Source of the DNA: an uncultured Nitrososphaerota archaeon
Lineage (GTDB): Archaea; Thermoproteota; EX4484-205; JAAOZP01
Assembly: GCA_964635675.1 (NCBI GenBank)
Contig: CAZWPT010000004.1
Span: forward strand, 4,744 to 68,743
Length of the DNA stretch: 64,000 nt
Reading direction: 5' to 3'
The translations under genes and the position numbers were made by a program. The notes beneath the pieces were generated by a model. It made no database searches and was not told where the DNA came from. It saw only the letters and a program-made list of their open reading frames with translations. Below are positions 10,039 to 19,925 of this stretch, piece by piece. Each line of letters opens with the position of its first letter. Position 1 is the first letter of the stretch.

Positions 10039-11316
10039 ATGGCTGAGGAGCAGTTCTTCCAGATGTTCCTAAGCGGGCTGCGTGAATCAGTAAGCAGGCT
10101 GAGCCCACCGGGCTTCAACTCGTCGCCCTTCAAGGCTTCCTATCTTTCAAAATGGTGCCCCTATGATGAAGCATGTGAGCCGGATGGAGCCGTAGCGGCT
10201 TGTGATGGAAGCATCAGCGAATCCAGCTTCTCCGGAGGCTTGGTTGTCTGGGTCGCCAGATCCGTGGCGCATGTTTACTCGAGGGGAAGCGAGCCGACCA
10301 GCCTGCTGGAGGCTGGGGTGGAAGCAGGCTATAGGCTTCAGGGCAGAGAGTTGTTTCTAAGGGCTCTGGAGCTTAGGACGCTGAGACGGGCTTTGGAAAA
10401 GGCTTCCCAGTCGCATGTGAGGGTCCTCGGTATTTTCGACGGAAGCCTCTACCTGACTTTTCTCCACCACAGGGACCGCTTAAGATCTTTTTCAAGGATA
10501 TTCGAAAATTACGTTAGGGAGCTTAGCCTTCTGATGAGGCTTGTTGACGAGGAGAAGATGGTGGTGGGCATTTCAAAGGATAGTGACATTAGTTACCTCA
10601 GGGCTAAGATAATGATTGATATTCTGCGCAGCCTAGATCCTGAGCTTGCTGCCGAGGCAAGGGGAAGAAGCATAAGGAGGATTAGGGAAGTGTTAGGCGA
10701 GAAGGTTAGGGGTTTATCTCCAGACTCAATGTTGAAAACCTGTTTCGAGGAGTTGGAGCAGGATTTTTCAGATGAAGGAGTGTACAGCGAGATAGCCCCC
10801 GGCCCAGGCTTCACGAAGCCGCTTCTCCTCGCGCCGCAGACCATTTTCCTAACAGGGGAGGCTAAGTCAACCAGCTGGTGGGACTCAGGGTTCAGGTCGC
10901 GTCTAAAGCGGGATGAAGAGTTAAAAGGGGTTCTCGAGGCGCTTGACGACTACTTCTCAAATCCTCCGGTAGCGTTAACATACTGGAGGCCTGGTGTGAG
11001 CCCAAGGGTCTACAGGGTCGACGTGCCTTCAAGCATTCTCGGGCACGGTGGCGCGGGTGGAAGCCTTTCAGGTGACTTTTTCATAGATGATTCAGGCGTT
11101 GAAAAAGCGCAAAAGATATTCAGCGTGTTAAACAGGCTGCAGCACGAGCCTCATGTTGTACACCCGCTCGCTGAAGTAGACTCCATCGCTAGGCTTAGTA
11201 GGAGCGTCTACAAGGATGCTTACGAGCCGGTTGTTGTCGAAGAGCTGAGGAGGAGAGGTTTTAAAGCAAGCCCTAGGAGGAGAAGCATTAGGGATGCTGT
11301 GTTGAGGGGATACTGA
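10039..11316 (+). CDS. nurA: DNA double-strand break repair nuclease NurA (divergent)
   Basis: ACDGS, IFDGSL and GISKDS motifs. The ORF abuts herA. Confidence 0.85.
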   Translation: MAEEQFFQMFLSGLRESVSRLSPPGFNSSPFKASYLSKWCPYDEACEPDGAVAACDGSISESSFSGGLVVWVARSVAHVYSRGSEPTSLLEAGVEAGYRLQGRELFLRALELRTLRRALEKASQSHVRVLGIFDGSLYLTFLHHRDRLRSFSRIFENYVRELSLLMRLVDEEKMVVGISKDSDISYLRAKIMIDILRSLDPELAAEARGRSIRRIREVLGEKVRGLSPDSMLKTCFEELEQDFSDEGVYSEIAPGPGFTKPLLLAPQTIFLTGEAKSTSWWDSGFRSRLKRDEELKGVLEALDDYFSNPPVALTYWRPGVSPRVYRVDVPSSILGHGGAGGSLSGDFFIDDSGVEKAQKIFSVLNRLQHEPHVVHPLAEVDSIARLSRSVYKDAYEPVVVEELRRRGFKASPRRRSIRDAVLRGY

Positions 11317-12872
11317 TGGAGCCGCTTGGAAGAGTAATAGAGGAGTCCACCCCATACGGATTCGTTTTTAAAACAGGTATAGATAATCCGGTAGCTCTCC
11401 ACGACTATGTCTTTGTAGAGGTGAATAATTTTGATGATGGAAGGCTGGAGAAGGTTAGGGTTTTAGCAGAGATCGTTGGCCTGGCTTCTAAAAACCCTCT
11501 TGCGACGGAGAGGCTGGCTGCTGAGCAACAGGTGTCACCATATTCCTACAAGCTGGTTTCAACAGAGGTGGTGGGGTATCTTAAGGATGGGCGGATCATG
11601 AGGCCGAAGGTTGCTCCAGACCCTAACGCGCCCGTCTACAGGGCTGACGACGAGCTTCTTCAAACATTCTTCTCAGGAGTAAAGAGGAGAATACCCTTGC
11701 ACGTAGCGATGCTTCTCAACAGGCCCATGGTTAAGGTTCCCATACACCTTCAGGACCTTCAGTTCCATTTAGGCGTTTTCGCAGCCACTAGAGCGGGGAA
11801 ATCCTATTTCGCCGGCAGGTTGATCGAGGAGATTCTTTTGAACACGCCTTTCCCAGTAGTCGTCATAGATATTCATGCGGACTACGTTATGATGGATAGG
11901 CTGGTTAAAGGCGGTAGGCATGGCGGCTTCAACATCGTTGTCTACTATCCACCCGGTGCTCCGAAAGTAGGCGGCGTGACCGCTGAGCAGAGGGAACTCC
12001 AGCTAAGCCCTGAGCAGCTGACGTACGAGGCTATAATCGCGCTTCTCGGAACTACTCTCGGGGAGAGGCAGAAAATAGTTTTGAGAAACATTTTGAGAAG
12101 GCTTAAATCGGAAAGGCGTCCCTTCGGGCTGGGGGATATAACTGGCTTAATCAGGAGCAGGCTGGAAGAGACTGATAGTAATGGTAAGCCAGTGCTTAAG
12201 GGGGAGGACAGAGCAAGGTATGAGGGTCTTCTCGCTAGGCTGGAAGACTTGGGGGAAGAGGTCTCGCTCCCGCCAACCGGGATGAGTGTCTCCGAGCTGC
12301 TGGCTCCTAAGACTCTGAGCGTCATCTGTCTAAACGGGCTGCGTTCAAGAGTTCAAGACGCGTACGCAAGTATAATTGTAGACACCCTGTTTAGACACCA
12401 GGTTTCAAGTAAGAGTGGCGAGAAGAATTTTACCCCTGTCTTCCTCTTTATCGAAGAGGCTCACCGTATAGCTTCTGAGAAAAGCGGGGGCTATGCTGTC
12501 AGAACCATATCGACAGCTATAAGGGAGGGTGCTAAGTTTGGGCTCTTCATAACCCTGATAAGCCAGCGTCCGAGAAACATAGACCCAGACATATTGAGCA
12601 ACGTCGGGAACTACGCGGTGATGAGAATAACCAACCAGCAGGATCAGAGCGTGATAGAGAATGCGAGTGAAAGCTTTTACCATAGGCTTATAGAGGATCT
12701 TCCAGGGCTAAACCAGGGGGAGGCTGTGCTCGTCGGGCCTTTCGTGCCTCTTCCGGCTCACGTGAAGACCCTGGACAGGAGGACTGTCCACCACGGTGTA
12801 ACGCCTGAGCTCAGCAATATCATGGAAAGGATTAATGAGCAGCTTAGGCAAAGGGAAATGGGTAAATGGTGA
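11316..12872 (+). CDS. herA: HerA/FtsK-family ATPase-translocase
   Basis: N-terminal HAS barrel, Walker A AATRAGKS, Walker B FIEEAH, REGAKFG..ISQRP, GLNQGEAVLVG. Confidence 0.92.
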   Translation: MEPLGRVIEESTPYGFVFKTGIDNPVALHDYVFVEVNNFDDGRLEKVRVLAEIVGLASKNPLATERLAAEQQVSPYSYKLVSTEVVGYLKDGRIMRPKVAPDPNAPVYRADDELLQTFFSGVKRRIPLHVAMLLNRPMVKVPIHLQDLQFHLGVFAATRAGKSYFAGRLIEEILLNTPFPVVVIDIHADYVMMDRLVKGGRHGGFNIVVYYPPGAPKVGGVTAEQRELQLSPEQLTYEAIIALLGTTLGERQKIVLRNILRRLKSERRPFGLGDITGLIRSRLEETDSNGKPVLKGEDRARYEGLLARLEDLGEEVSLPPTGMSVSELLAPKTLSVICLNGLRSRVQDAYASIIVDTLFRHQVSSKSGEKNFTPVFLFIEEAHRIASEKSGGYAVRTISTAIREGAKFGLFITLISQRPRNIDPDILSNVGNYAVMRITNQQDQSVIENASESFYHRLIEDLPGLNQGEAVLVGPFVPLPAHVKTLDRRTVHHGVTPELSNIMERINEQLRQREMGKW

Positions 12873-12878
12873 GATGCA

Positions 12879-14138
12879 GTGAAGATAGGGGTTTTTGCCG
12901 ACACCCATATAGGGAGAAACATACCTAGAGAGGTCGGCGAACTCAGGAGAAACGCTTATCGCCACGCCTTCGCTCAGGCTATTAATATTTTCATAAAGGA
13001 GAAAGTGGAATGCGTGTTCCATGCGGGAGACCTTTTTGAGAAACGTAGCATGATATCTGAGGACAGTGTTTTCGTCAAGGAAGAGTTGCAGCGCTTGGTC
13101 AACTCTATTCGCGAGGAACACGGTGGAGAAGTATCCGTATTCCTCATTAGGGGGAACCATGACGGTGCCCTTGACAATAATGCTCTGGATTTCGTTAAGC
13201 ATCCTCTCGCAAAATATCTTAAGGTGGTTGGTGAGGCTGCGATAAAGGGGGAGGAGGAATCCTATTTTTTCAACGGCATCCGGTTAATAGGGCTGCCTTA
13301 CCATCCATACATATCGCGTGTCTTCAAGAATGTCAAGAACGTAATCCAGAGAGGGTTTAAGAAAGAGGGAGAGGTTAAGATTCTCGCAATACACAATTTT
13401 ATTCAGGGGTATCACGAGGTTCCTCCGGGAGTCCCGCCGCATAACTATCTCACAGTAAGGGATTTCGACGAGCTTGGAGTCAATATCGTTTTAGCCGGAC
13501 ACTATCATGGGAGGGTTAACCCGATGGAGAGTACCGGGACGCTTTTCCTAACGCCTGGTGCAACTGAGGCAGTCGACCTTTCTGATGAAGGCCCGTTCGG
13601 CGTCTACGTGCTGGAAGGGAGACAAGTAAAGTTCCTGCCAATAAAGCCTCTGCATGAAATACGCAACATTAAAGTGGATTCAAAGGGCGCGGTGAAACCT
13701 TGTGAATGGTTCATCGAGCAGTCTGCTCGCGAGATAGACGCCTACTCCTCAGATCTTCAGGCGAGGAGTATTGATGGGATGCTTCGCCTAGTTTTAATCG
13801 GGTACACTGAGAATGACCCGCATAACATAGACATGTCTCTCCGGAGGGAGATTGAGAAGAAAACCGTTTCAACCAGGTTGCTGCATGTCGACTTGGTTAA
13901 CCGTGTTGAAGATGTTAGGCAGAGAGCAGTATTCTCCAGGCTTGGCAGTGGTCTCGACTACGCGATGGAGATTTTGAAATCACTCGGGGAGATGTCGGAT
14001 GAAGCGATGAAGATCGTGGATGAGCTAAGTATAACTCTCGATGAAAAGGCAAGTCAGAGAACAGGGCTTCTCACAGACTCCGATAGGAGCCGCTTCGTAA
14101 AACGCTGGGTTCAGATTTTAGATAAGGCGGGTGGTTGA
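12879..14138 (+). CDS. mre11: Mre11/SbcD metallophosphoesterase nuclease
   Basis: All five motifs present: ADTHIG, AGDLFE, GNHD, AIHN, GHYH. Confidence 0.93.
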   Translation: MKIGVFADTHIGRNIPREVGELRRNAYRHAFAQAINIFIKEKVECVFHAGDLFEKRSMISEDSVFVKEELQRLVNSIREEHGGEVSVFLIRGNHDGALDNNALDFVKHPLAKYLKVVGEAAIKGEEESYFFNGIRLIGLPYHPYISRVFKNVKNVIQRGFKKEGEVKILAIHNFIQGYHEVPPGVPPHNYLTVRDFDELGVNIVLAGHYHGRVNPMESTGTLFLTPGATEAVDLSDEGPFGVYVLEGRQVKFLPIKPLHEIRNIKVDSKGAVKPCEWFIEQSAREIDAYSSDLQARSIDGMLRLVLIGYTENDPHNIDMSLRREIEKKTVSTRLLHVDLVNRVEDVRQRAVFSRLGSGLDYAMEILKSLGEMSDEAMKIVDELSITLDEKASQRTGLLTDSDRSRFVKRWVQILDKAGG

Positions 14139-14139
14139 A

Positions 14140-16131
14140 ATGAATGGCTTAATCGAAACGCTTAGACTCCGAAACCTGGAGCGTTACAGGAGTGTTCAGC
14201 TGGATTTCTCAGCTGGGCTTAACCTCATAAAAGGTAGGAATTCAACGGGTAAAACTACTCTGCTCAACGCATTGACGTTCGCGCTTTTCGGCGAAGTGCC
14301 GGAGGCTAGGCCGAAGCTACTGGTTTCAAAGCTGCCGGGCTCAGGGGAGATGAGTATCTACGTAAGGTTCAGGAGCCCGGTTAGCGGCCAGATTGTTGAA
14401 GTTGAGAGGAGGGGTGGTTTAGACAGGAACGGGGATTACAGGACAGGGGAAAGACTGCTCCGGATCGACGGTAAAAACGTGTCTCTGGAGAGCGAGGAGG
14501 ACTTGAGGAGCAGGATTACTGAACTTCTCGGGATGAGTTTAAGGAAGTTTATCAACCTGGTCTATATTAGGCAGGGTGGGTTAACCGAGATACTGGAGCC
14601 GCAGAGAGAACGCATGGATTCAGTACTGGGGATAACGCTGTTAAGAGAGCTGCGTGAACAGTTAGATGGAGCACGGAGAGAGCTCGAGAGGTTTAACGGG
14701 AAGGATGTTGCAACCGAGCTTCAGAATATTGAGGAACGGGTGCCGGAGCTCGATTCCAGCCTAAGACAGATGGATGAAGACATTGGCCAGTTGATTAGCG
14801 AGGTTCAGGATCTTGAAAACCTTTTGAAGAAGGCTGAATCAACAGAGTTAACCGAGCTTCTCAAATGCATTAAGAAGAGGGAGGAGATTGAGGAGGAGCT
14901 GAAGAAGATTTCTTCAAGGAGTCAAGAGCTTCTGGAGCATGCCGGCGTCTCTTCGATTGAGGAGTTGGAGGAAAAAATGAGTCTAAATGGTAAGGAGCTG
15001 GAAACGCTGAAAGCAGCGAGAAACAGTTTGAAGAAGGAGCTTGATGCATCAATGGAGAAATGGTTAAGCGTGAAAAGCCGTGTTGAAAACCTTGCGAGGC
15101 AAGTAAGGGAGCGCGAGTCTCTCGCTGGAAGCGGGGCTTCTAAATGCCCAACGTGCGGCCAAGACCTGCAACCCGCTGTAATCCAGAGGATTCTGGAGGA
15201 GGATCGCGGCTCGTTAGCCAGGGCTAGTCTCGAGGAGGCTGAGGCGAGGAAGGTTTACGAGATGAAAAACGTTGAGCTTCAAAAACTTGTTGAAAAAATA
15301 AACACTGCTGAAGGCGAGTATTCAAGGATGAGGGCCCTGAGAAACCGTCTAAAAGAGTATTTGGATTCCGCTGAAGCCCGCGTGAAAATAAGGAGTGAAA
15401 CCCTAGCTATGATAAAGGAGAAGCTAACAGTCCTTGAACTGCCTTTCACCCACGAGGATCCTGAACTGAAGCTGAAGCTAGCCCAGCAGCTCCCCCTCCA
15501 GCCAGAGGAGTTGGCCAAGAGGAGGAGTGAGCTTGCTGAGAAGAAGAAGATTTTAGAGAAGAAGAAGAGTATTAGAGCGGATACCAGTAAGAAACTAGAG
15601 GACTATAGGAGGCTGCTCAACGAGCTTAAAAGAAGGGTGGAGAAGGCTGGTCTCGCGCACAGGCTTTCTCAACTCTTCGACCAGGCTGTTGAAACTAGAA
15701 GGAGGGAACTGATAAAACGCATAGAGTTTCGAGCATTAGAATACTATAGGGCTATGACGGATCAGCATGTTTACGACGCTATAATCATAAACCCGGAGGA
15801 CTATTCTGTTTCAGTGCATCCGAAAGGATTGACAGATCCTATTCCTGCAAGCAGAGTTGGGGGAGGGCATCAAACTATTTTAGCCCTAGCCATACGCCTC
15901 GCGCTCCTCGATGCGCTAAACCTGAATTCACTGCTGATACTGGATGAACCAACCTACGGTGTTGACTCAGAAAACCTTCCCCAGGTTGCAAGCTACATAG
16001 GCGAAGCATCTAAGCAACTCTCTCAAATGATACTCGTAACCCACTACAATATTTGTGAGGAAGAAGCTTCAAACATTATAGAAGTAACTGTTCAAGAAGA
16101 CGGTTCTTCTAAGGCTGAGATTAAAACATAG
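14140..16131 (+). CDS. rad50: Rad50/SbcC SMC-like ATPase, short coiled coil
   Basis: Walker A GRNSTGKTT, Q-loop YIRQG, central zinc hook CPTCG, signature VGGGHQ, Walker B LILDEPT, H-loop VTH. GGTGG RBS before ATG 14140. Confidence 0.92.
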   Translation: MNGLIETLRLRNLERYRSVQLDFSAGLNLIKGRNSTGKTTLLNALTFALFGEVPEARPKLLVSKLPGSGEMSIYVRFRSPVSGQIVEVERRGGLDRNGDYRTGERLLRIDGKNVSLESEEDLRSRITELLGMSLRKFINLVYIRQGGLTEILEPQRERMDSVLGITLLRELREQLDGARRELERFNGKDVATELQNIEERVPELDSSLRQMDEDIGQLISEVQDLENLLKKAESTELTELLKCIKKREEIEEELKKISSRSQELLEHAGVSSIEELEEKMSLNGKELETLKAARNSLKKELDASMEKWLSVKSRVENLARQVRERESLAGSGASKCPTCGQDLQPAVIQRILEEDRGSLARASLEEAEARKVYEMKNVELQKLVEKINTAEGEYSRMRALRNRLKEYLDSAEARVKIRSETLAMIKEKLTVLELPFTHEDPELKLKLAQQLPLQPEELAKRRSELAEKKKILEKKKSIRADTSKKLEDYRRLLNELKRRVEKAGLAHRLSQLFDQAVETRRRELIKRIEFRALEYYRAMTDQHVYDAIIINPEDYSVSVHPKGLTDPIPASRVGGGHQTILALAIRLALLDALNLNSLLILDEPTYGVDSENLPQVASYIGEASKQLSQMILVTHYNICEEEASNIIEVTVQEDGSSKAEIKT

Positions 16132-16654
16132 AGCATGCGAATGTATTTTTTCAAAAATTCTTTCTACGGCCGACTTTAGAAATTTAAAAGCTCAATCAGC
16201 CAGATGTGATAACGTTAGAAAGTAGTATGCTTATTTAACCCAGACGCTTAGACGCACTATTCGTATTGTTTAATCCCAAAGCTCATCTAGCTTGATCGGC
16301 TTATCGGATAGGATCACTGCCTATTTGTTCTATCCAACAGGATCATTGAGCGAGAAGGGCCGTTGCCGATTTTTATGCGTCGTAGACCGAAACAGACCTC
16401 TGCTTTAAGGTCAGTCAAATCGTAAATCATTGAGGACAATGTCCCGCGCGCTACTCTCCTGTCTTATAGGGCTTCTAGACCTTTTAGAGTACATCTAGTC
16501 AAACAAGTATCATTAAGTCGATTCCCATCCTAAACCACTCAGACTAAGAGTCTCGATAAGGGTTGCAGTGAGTATTGATATCGTGTTCACATAACTTGGA
16601 GCGTGAGATTAAAACTTATATTCCGGAGTGGCCATCGGTTACTGTTGGTTGAGC

Positions 16655-17134
16655 ATGAGGGTGTTAGTAACCTACTACTCTGAAACTGGAAACACGGAAA
16701 GGATGGCGAGAGCCGTAGCCGAGGGGGCGAAGGAGGTTAAGGGTGTTACTGCCTCTCTTAAGCGTGTTGAGGAAACCTCTTTAGGAGACTTGGTGGAGTC
16801 GGATGTTATAATAGTTGGGTCGCCAACCTACTACGGGTTGATGGCGGCTCCTGTGAAAAGGCTTTTGGATGAAAGCGTTAAGATACATGGGAAGCTTGAG
16901 GGAAAGGTTGGTGGTGCCTTCACATCCTCCGGGGGGAGTGCAACAGGGGCTGAAACAACCATCATGTCGATACTGCAGGCCCTGCTTGTCCACGGTATGA
17001 TTATTCAGGGGGACGCGGAGGATAAGCACTACGGGGTTGCCTGCGTCGGGAAGCCTGGTGAAGAGGACTTGGAGCTATGTAGAAGAATGGGTAGGAGGCT
17101 GGCGGAGCTGGCTTCACGCCTGGTTAAGGACTAG
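16655..17134 (+). CDS. Flavodoxin-like WrbA family NAD(P)H:quinone oxidoreductase
   Basis: YYSETGNTERMA, GSPTYYG, GGAFTSSG motifs. Likely start MRVLV at 16655. Confidence 0.9.
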   Translation: MRVLVTYYSETGNTERMARAVAEGAKEVKGVTASLKRVEETSLGDLVESDVIIVGSPTYYGLMAAPVKRLLDESVKIHGKLEGKVGGAFTSSGGSATGAETTIMSILQALLVHGMIIQGDAEDKHYGVACVGKPGEEDLELCRRMGRRLAELASRLVKD

Positions 17135-17139
17135 CTATA

Positions 17140-17601
17140 CTAGGCTTTCTTCGCCGCCAGCTTTTCTGAAATTATTCTCGCAACTTCTTCAAGCAGTACC
17201 CTGTCCTCGTCATCAAAAGCGTTCAACAGGTGACTGTCTACATCAATCTCTCCCGCTACTTTCTTCCCAAGAAGTATTGGAACGACGATTTCGGACCTGG
17301 TGGACGGGAAGCATTCAATATATCTTTCCTCCTTGCTGACGTCTGGAACAATGATCGTCTCGCCTTTCTGAGCAACCAGGCCGCAAACACCCTCCCCAAT
17401 CCTTATCTTTACGTGACTCGTCTCCTCGTCGCCTGAAAAAGCACGCAGCACTAGGAACCCGTTTTCCACCATGTATATTCCGACCCAAGTATAGTGTTTT
17501 CTGAAACTCCTAAGCTTGTCTAAGATCCTTTTCAGGAACTCGTCAATGTTTTCCGACGGCAGCCCCCTGATGTACTCGATGATGCTGGGCACCTCGGTCA
17601 A
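17140..17601 (-). CDS. msrC: GAF-domain protein, free methionine-(R)-sulfoxide reductase-like
   Basis: WVGIY, IGEGVCG, YIECFPSTRSEIVVP, GEIDVDS. Confidence 0.8.
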   Translation of the reverse strand: MTEVPSIIEYIRGLPSENIDEFLKRILDKLRSFRKHYTWVGIYMVENGFLVLRAFSGDEETSHVKIRIGEGVCGLVAQKGETIIVPDVSKEERYIECFPSTRSEIVVPILLGKKVAGEIDVDSHLLNAFDDEDRVLLEEVARIISEKLAAKKA

Positions 17602-17618
17602 TAGACACCCCGTTTTTC

Positions 17619-17807
17619 CTAAGGCTTTATCTTTGAAGCCTGCTGGCCGTTAAGCCCCCAGTTGCTCCTCGGGACATCGTGTATTATTATGTTAAGCCAC
17701 TCCGGCCTAACCCCTATCTCCTCGAAGGCTCTCGTAATCCCTTTTATAAGCTTCTCCTTCTGCTCCTCAGAACGGCCCTCCCACATTTCAACTATAACCA
17801 CGGGCAT
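17619..17807 (-). CDS. 4-oxalocrotonate tautomerase family protein
   Basis: MPVVIVEMWEGRSEEQKEKLI..NWGLNG. The catalytic Pro1 fixes the start at 17807. Confidence 0.92.
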   Translation of the reverse strand: MPVVIVEMWEGRSEEQKEKLIKGITRAFEEIGVRPEWLNIIIHDVPRSNWGLNGQQASKIKP

Positions 17808-17910
17808 CCTAACCACCCTGTACCTCCTTGTGTGAAACATCATATTTAGGTTTTTATCAATTAACAGGTTAAAACCGACAGCCAGGCTCATGAAGGTAAA
17901 TCAGGGTGGG

Positions 17911-18753
17911 TTAGGAGCCTGCCTGCAGTACTAGGACCGTGAGTATATAAGTGCACCTGGTCTCGCTCCACTCAGCATAAGGGAAGAAGGCTTCTAAAAC
18001 ATACGTGCCTGCCTCGTTGAAAGCATAGTTGTACTCGGATTCGACAGCTCCACCTGCTTTTAAAACACGGTTTTGAATAACCTGCACGCATGGTTTTTCA
18101 GGATCGTGGCCAACCGGGTAGAGCTCGATTATCCCGCCGCCCGGGGTCTGAAGACGTATTTTGAAATCCGGGCTACACGGCGTTGGGGCAGCGTAGGTGA
18201 AATCCTCCTGCGCCGGGTTAAAAGCCATTGCAAGTATTTTCAAAGTTTCACCCTTGTTGATGACCAGCTTATCCGTCTTCAAGTAGAAAACTATTTTCGA
18301 GTAGCCTGATGCGAAACTGTTCAATTCTAGCAGCAGGCTGGCGAGGTAGTGGAGTTCTCCAGGCGGTTCTCCGCTGACATCCGTCCAATAATAGGTTACT
18401 GTCCTACCCTTGCTGTAAATAGTCAGGTTGTAAATGAAATAGTCTGCCCCGCTTCCAGGATCAAGTTTTAAGCCATCCGGGTATGCTTCGAGAAGAGTCT
18501 TCATCCTGTGCAGCAATTCGTCGTTTGTTGAAATTGGTACTACTGAGGAGCCGCTCCTGTTCCTAGCAGGGTCGTTAAAGACAATGCTTCTGTTCGAATA
18601 ATACTCGTATTTTTCACGCTTGGCCCAAAAACCGCCTGAAACCGTTAACTCCATTATTTTCTCCGGCTTTCTTTGAAAACCGATTATAATGATTGTTGCA
18701 GCAGCCAGCACCACCAGTACCCCTAGAAAAACCTTCAGTTTCAACCCGTTCAT
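17911..18753 (-). CDS. Hypothetical membrane-anchored extracellular protein
   Basis: N-terminal TM helix. C-terminal Ig-like/BsuPI-like beta domain with two Cys (PTPCSPDF...KPCVQVIQ). Confidence 0.7.
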   Translation of the reverse strand: MNGLKLKVFLGVLVVLAAATIIIIGFQRKPEKIMELTVSGGFWAKREKYEYYSNRSIVFNDPARNRSGSSVVPISTNDELLHRMKTLLEAYPDGLKLDPGSGADYFIYNLTIYSKGRTVTYYWTDVSGEPPGELHYLASLLLELNSFASGYSKIVFYLKTDKLVINKGETLKILAMAFNPAQEDFTYAAPTPCSPDFKIRLQTPGGGIIELYPVGHDPEKPCVQVIQNRVLKAGGAVESEYNYAFNEAGTYVLEAFFPYAEWSETRCTYILTVLVLQAGS

Positions 18754-18865
18754 AATGCTTACTCAACGAGTCTAGGGGTATATAATGCTATTTTTTAGAA
18801 CACTAGCCCATTAGGCTTTAATCGGCTAAAGACTTATTTCCCATATCCGACAATGAATATTCAAA

Positions 18866-19909
18866 ATGTCAGGCCGGAAACAAATGGAGAGGCTTCTCTC
18901 TGCTTTAGAAGGGTTGACAAAGACCATCGCGTTGGAGACCGACGTGGGTTCAGCAATAGTTACAGAGTACGGTGCCAGAGTGCTCGGCGTATTCGTCGGC
19001 GATAGGCAAAACCCCTTCTGGGTTTCGAAGAATCTGCAAGCGGTAATAAGCAGCGGGGAGTGGAACATCGGGGGAAACAGGCTCTGGGTTTCTCCTGAGA
19101 GAAGGTTCTACTATCGGAGGCCTGAATGCTTTGAAGAATGGCTGTGCCAGTCTTCACTCGACCCTGGAGGCTGGTCAATAGCCAGCTCCAGCATAAAAAG
19201 CGTGAATCTCGATGGGGAGGCGGAGCTAGAGGATTTCGCGAGCCAAACTAGGGTGCACATTTCTTTTTCGAGGCAGATCTCAATCCGTGGCGAAAGCATC
19301 AGGAAGGGCTTAGAGTATGTGGGGCTTAGGGTCAGGGACGCTATGGCGGCTAGGGGGGAGGTTAAAAACGGGGTTAACCTTTGGTCTTTAACACAGGTGC
19401 GTCCCGGGGAGAGTAGGAGTGGCACAGTAATTATCCCTACGCGCAGAGGCGCTAAGCCAATACACTACTTCGGGAAAATACCGGGAGACAGGTTGAGGGT
19501 CTCCAGCGACCATGTCTCGTTTAAAATAGACGGTGTCGCCATCTATAAGCTGGGCATAGCTCCGGAGGATATTCTTCAGCCAGGCTGCTCAAGAATAATT
19601 TATTATGTGGAGCACGGGAAGAACGAGGTTTTCCTCATATCCATGGGGACCATGATGGCCCCGGTTAGCCAAGAGGAGTGTCTCGACGCGGCGAAGGCTG
19701 ACCCAGATGGTCCGAAGGGATGTGTTCAGTCCTACAATTCTGGCCCAGACCTGTGTTTCGGAGAGATTGAGCTTCACTTTAAGCCGGCTGTTAGAGTCAA
19801 GGATTTCCACGTATCATACGCTGACTACGATATAGAGGTTTTCGCAGGGAAGCGTGGGGAGGTATTGAGGTTTCTGAAGAGGATTGTTCCAAAGCCTTTT
19901 CTTTTTTGA
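18866..19909 (+). CDS. Hypothetical protein (DUF6786-like, possible galactose-mutarotase-like beta-sandwich)
   Basis: 347-aa ORF with WNIGGNRLWVSPE, beta-rich. Confidence 0.6.
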   Translation: MSGRKQMERLLSALEGLTKTIALETDVGSAIVTEYGARVLGVFVGDRQNPFWVSKNLQAVISSGEWNIGGNRLWVSPERRFYYRRPECFEEWLCQSSLDPGGWSIASSSIKSVNLDGEAELEDFASQTRVHISFSRQISIRGESIRKGLEYVGLRVRDAMAARGEVKNGVNLWSLTQVRPGESRSGTVIIPTRRGAKPIHYFGKIPGDRLRVSSDHVSFKIDGVAIYKLGIAPEDILQPGCSRIIYYVEHGKNEVFLISMGTMMAPVSQEECLDAAKADPDGPKGCVQSYNSGPDLCFGEIELHFKPAVRVKDFHVSYADYDIEVFAGKRGEVLRFLKRIVPKPFLF

Positions 19910-19925
19910 AGCCTACTACTCCTCT

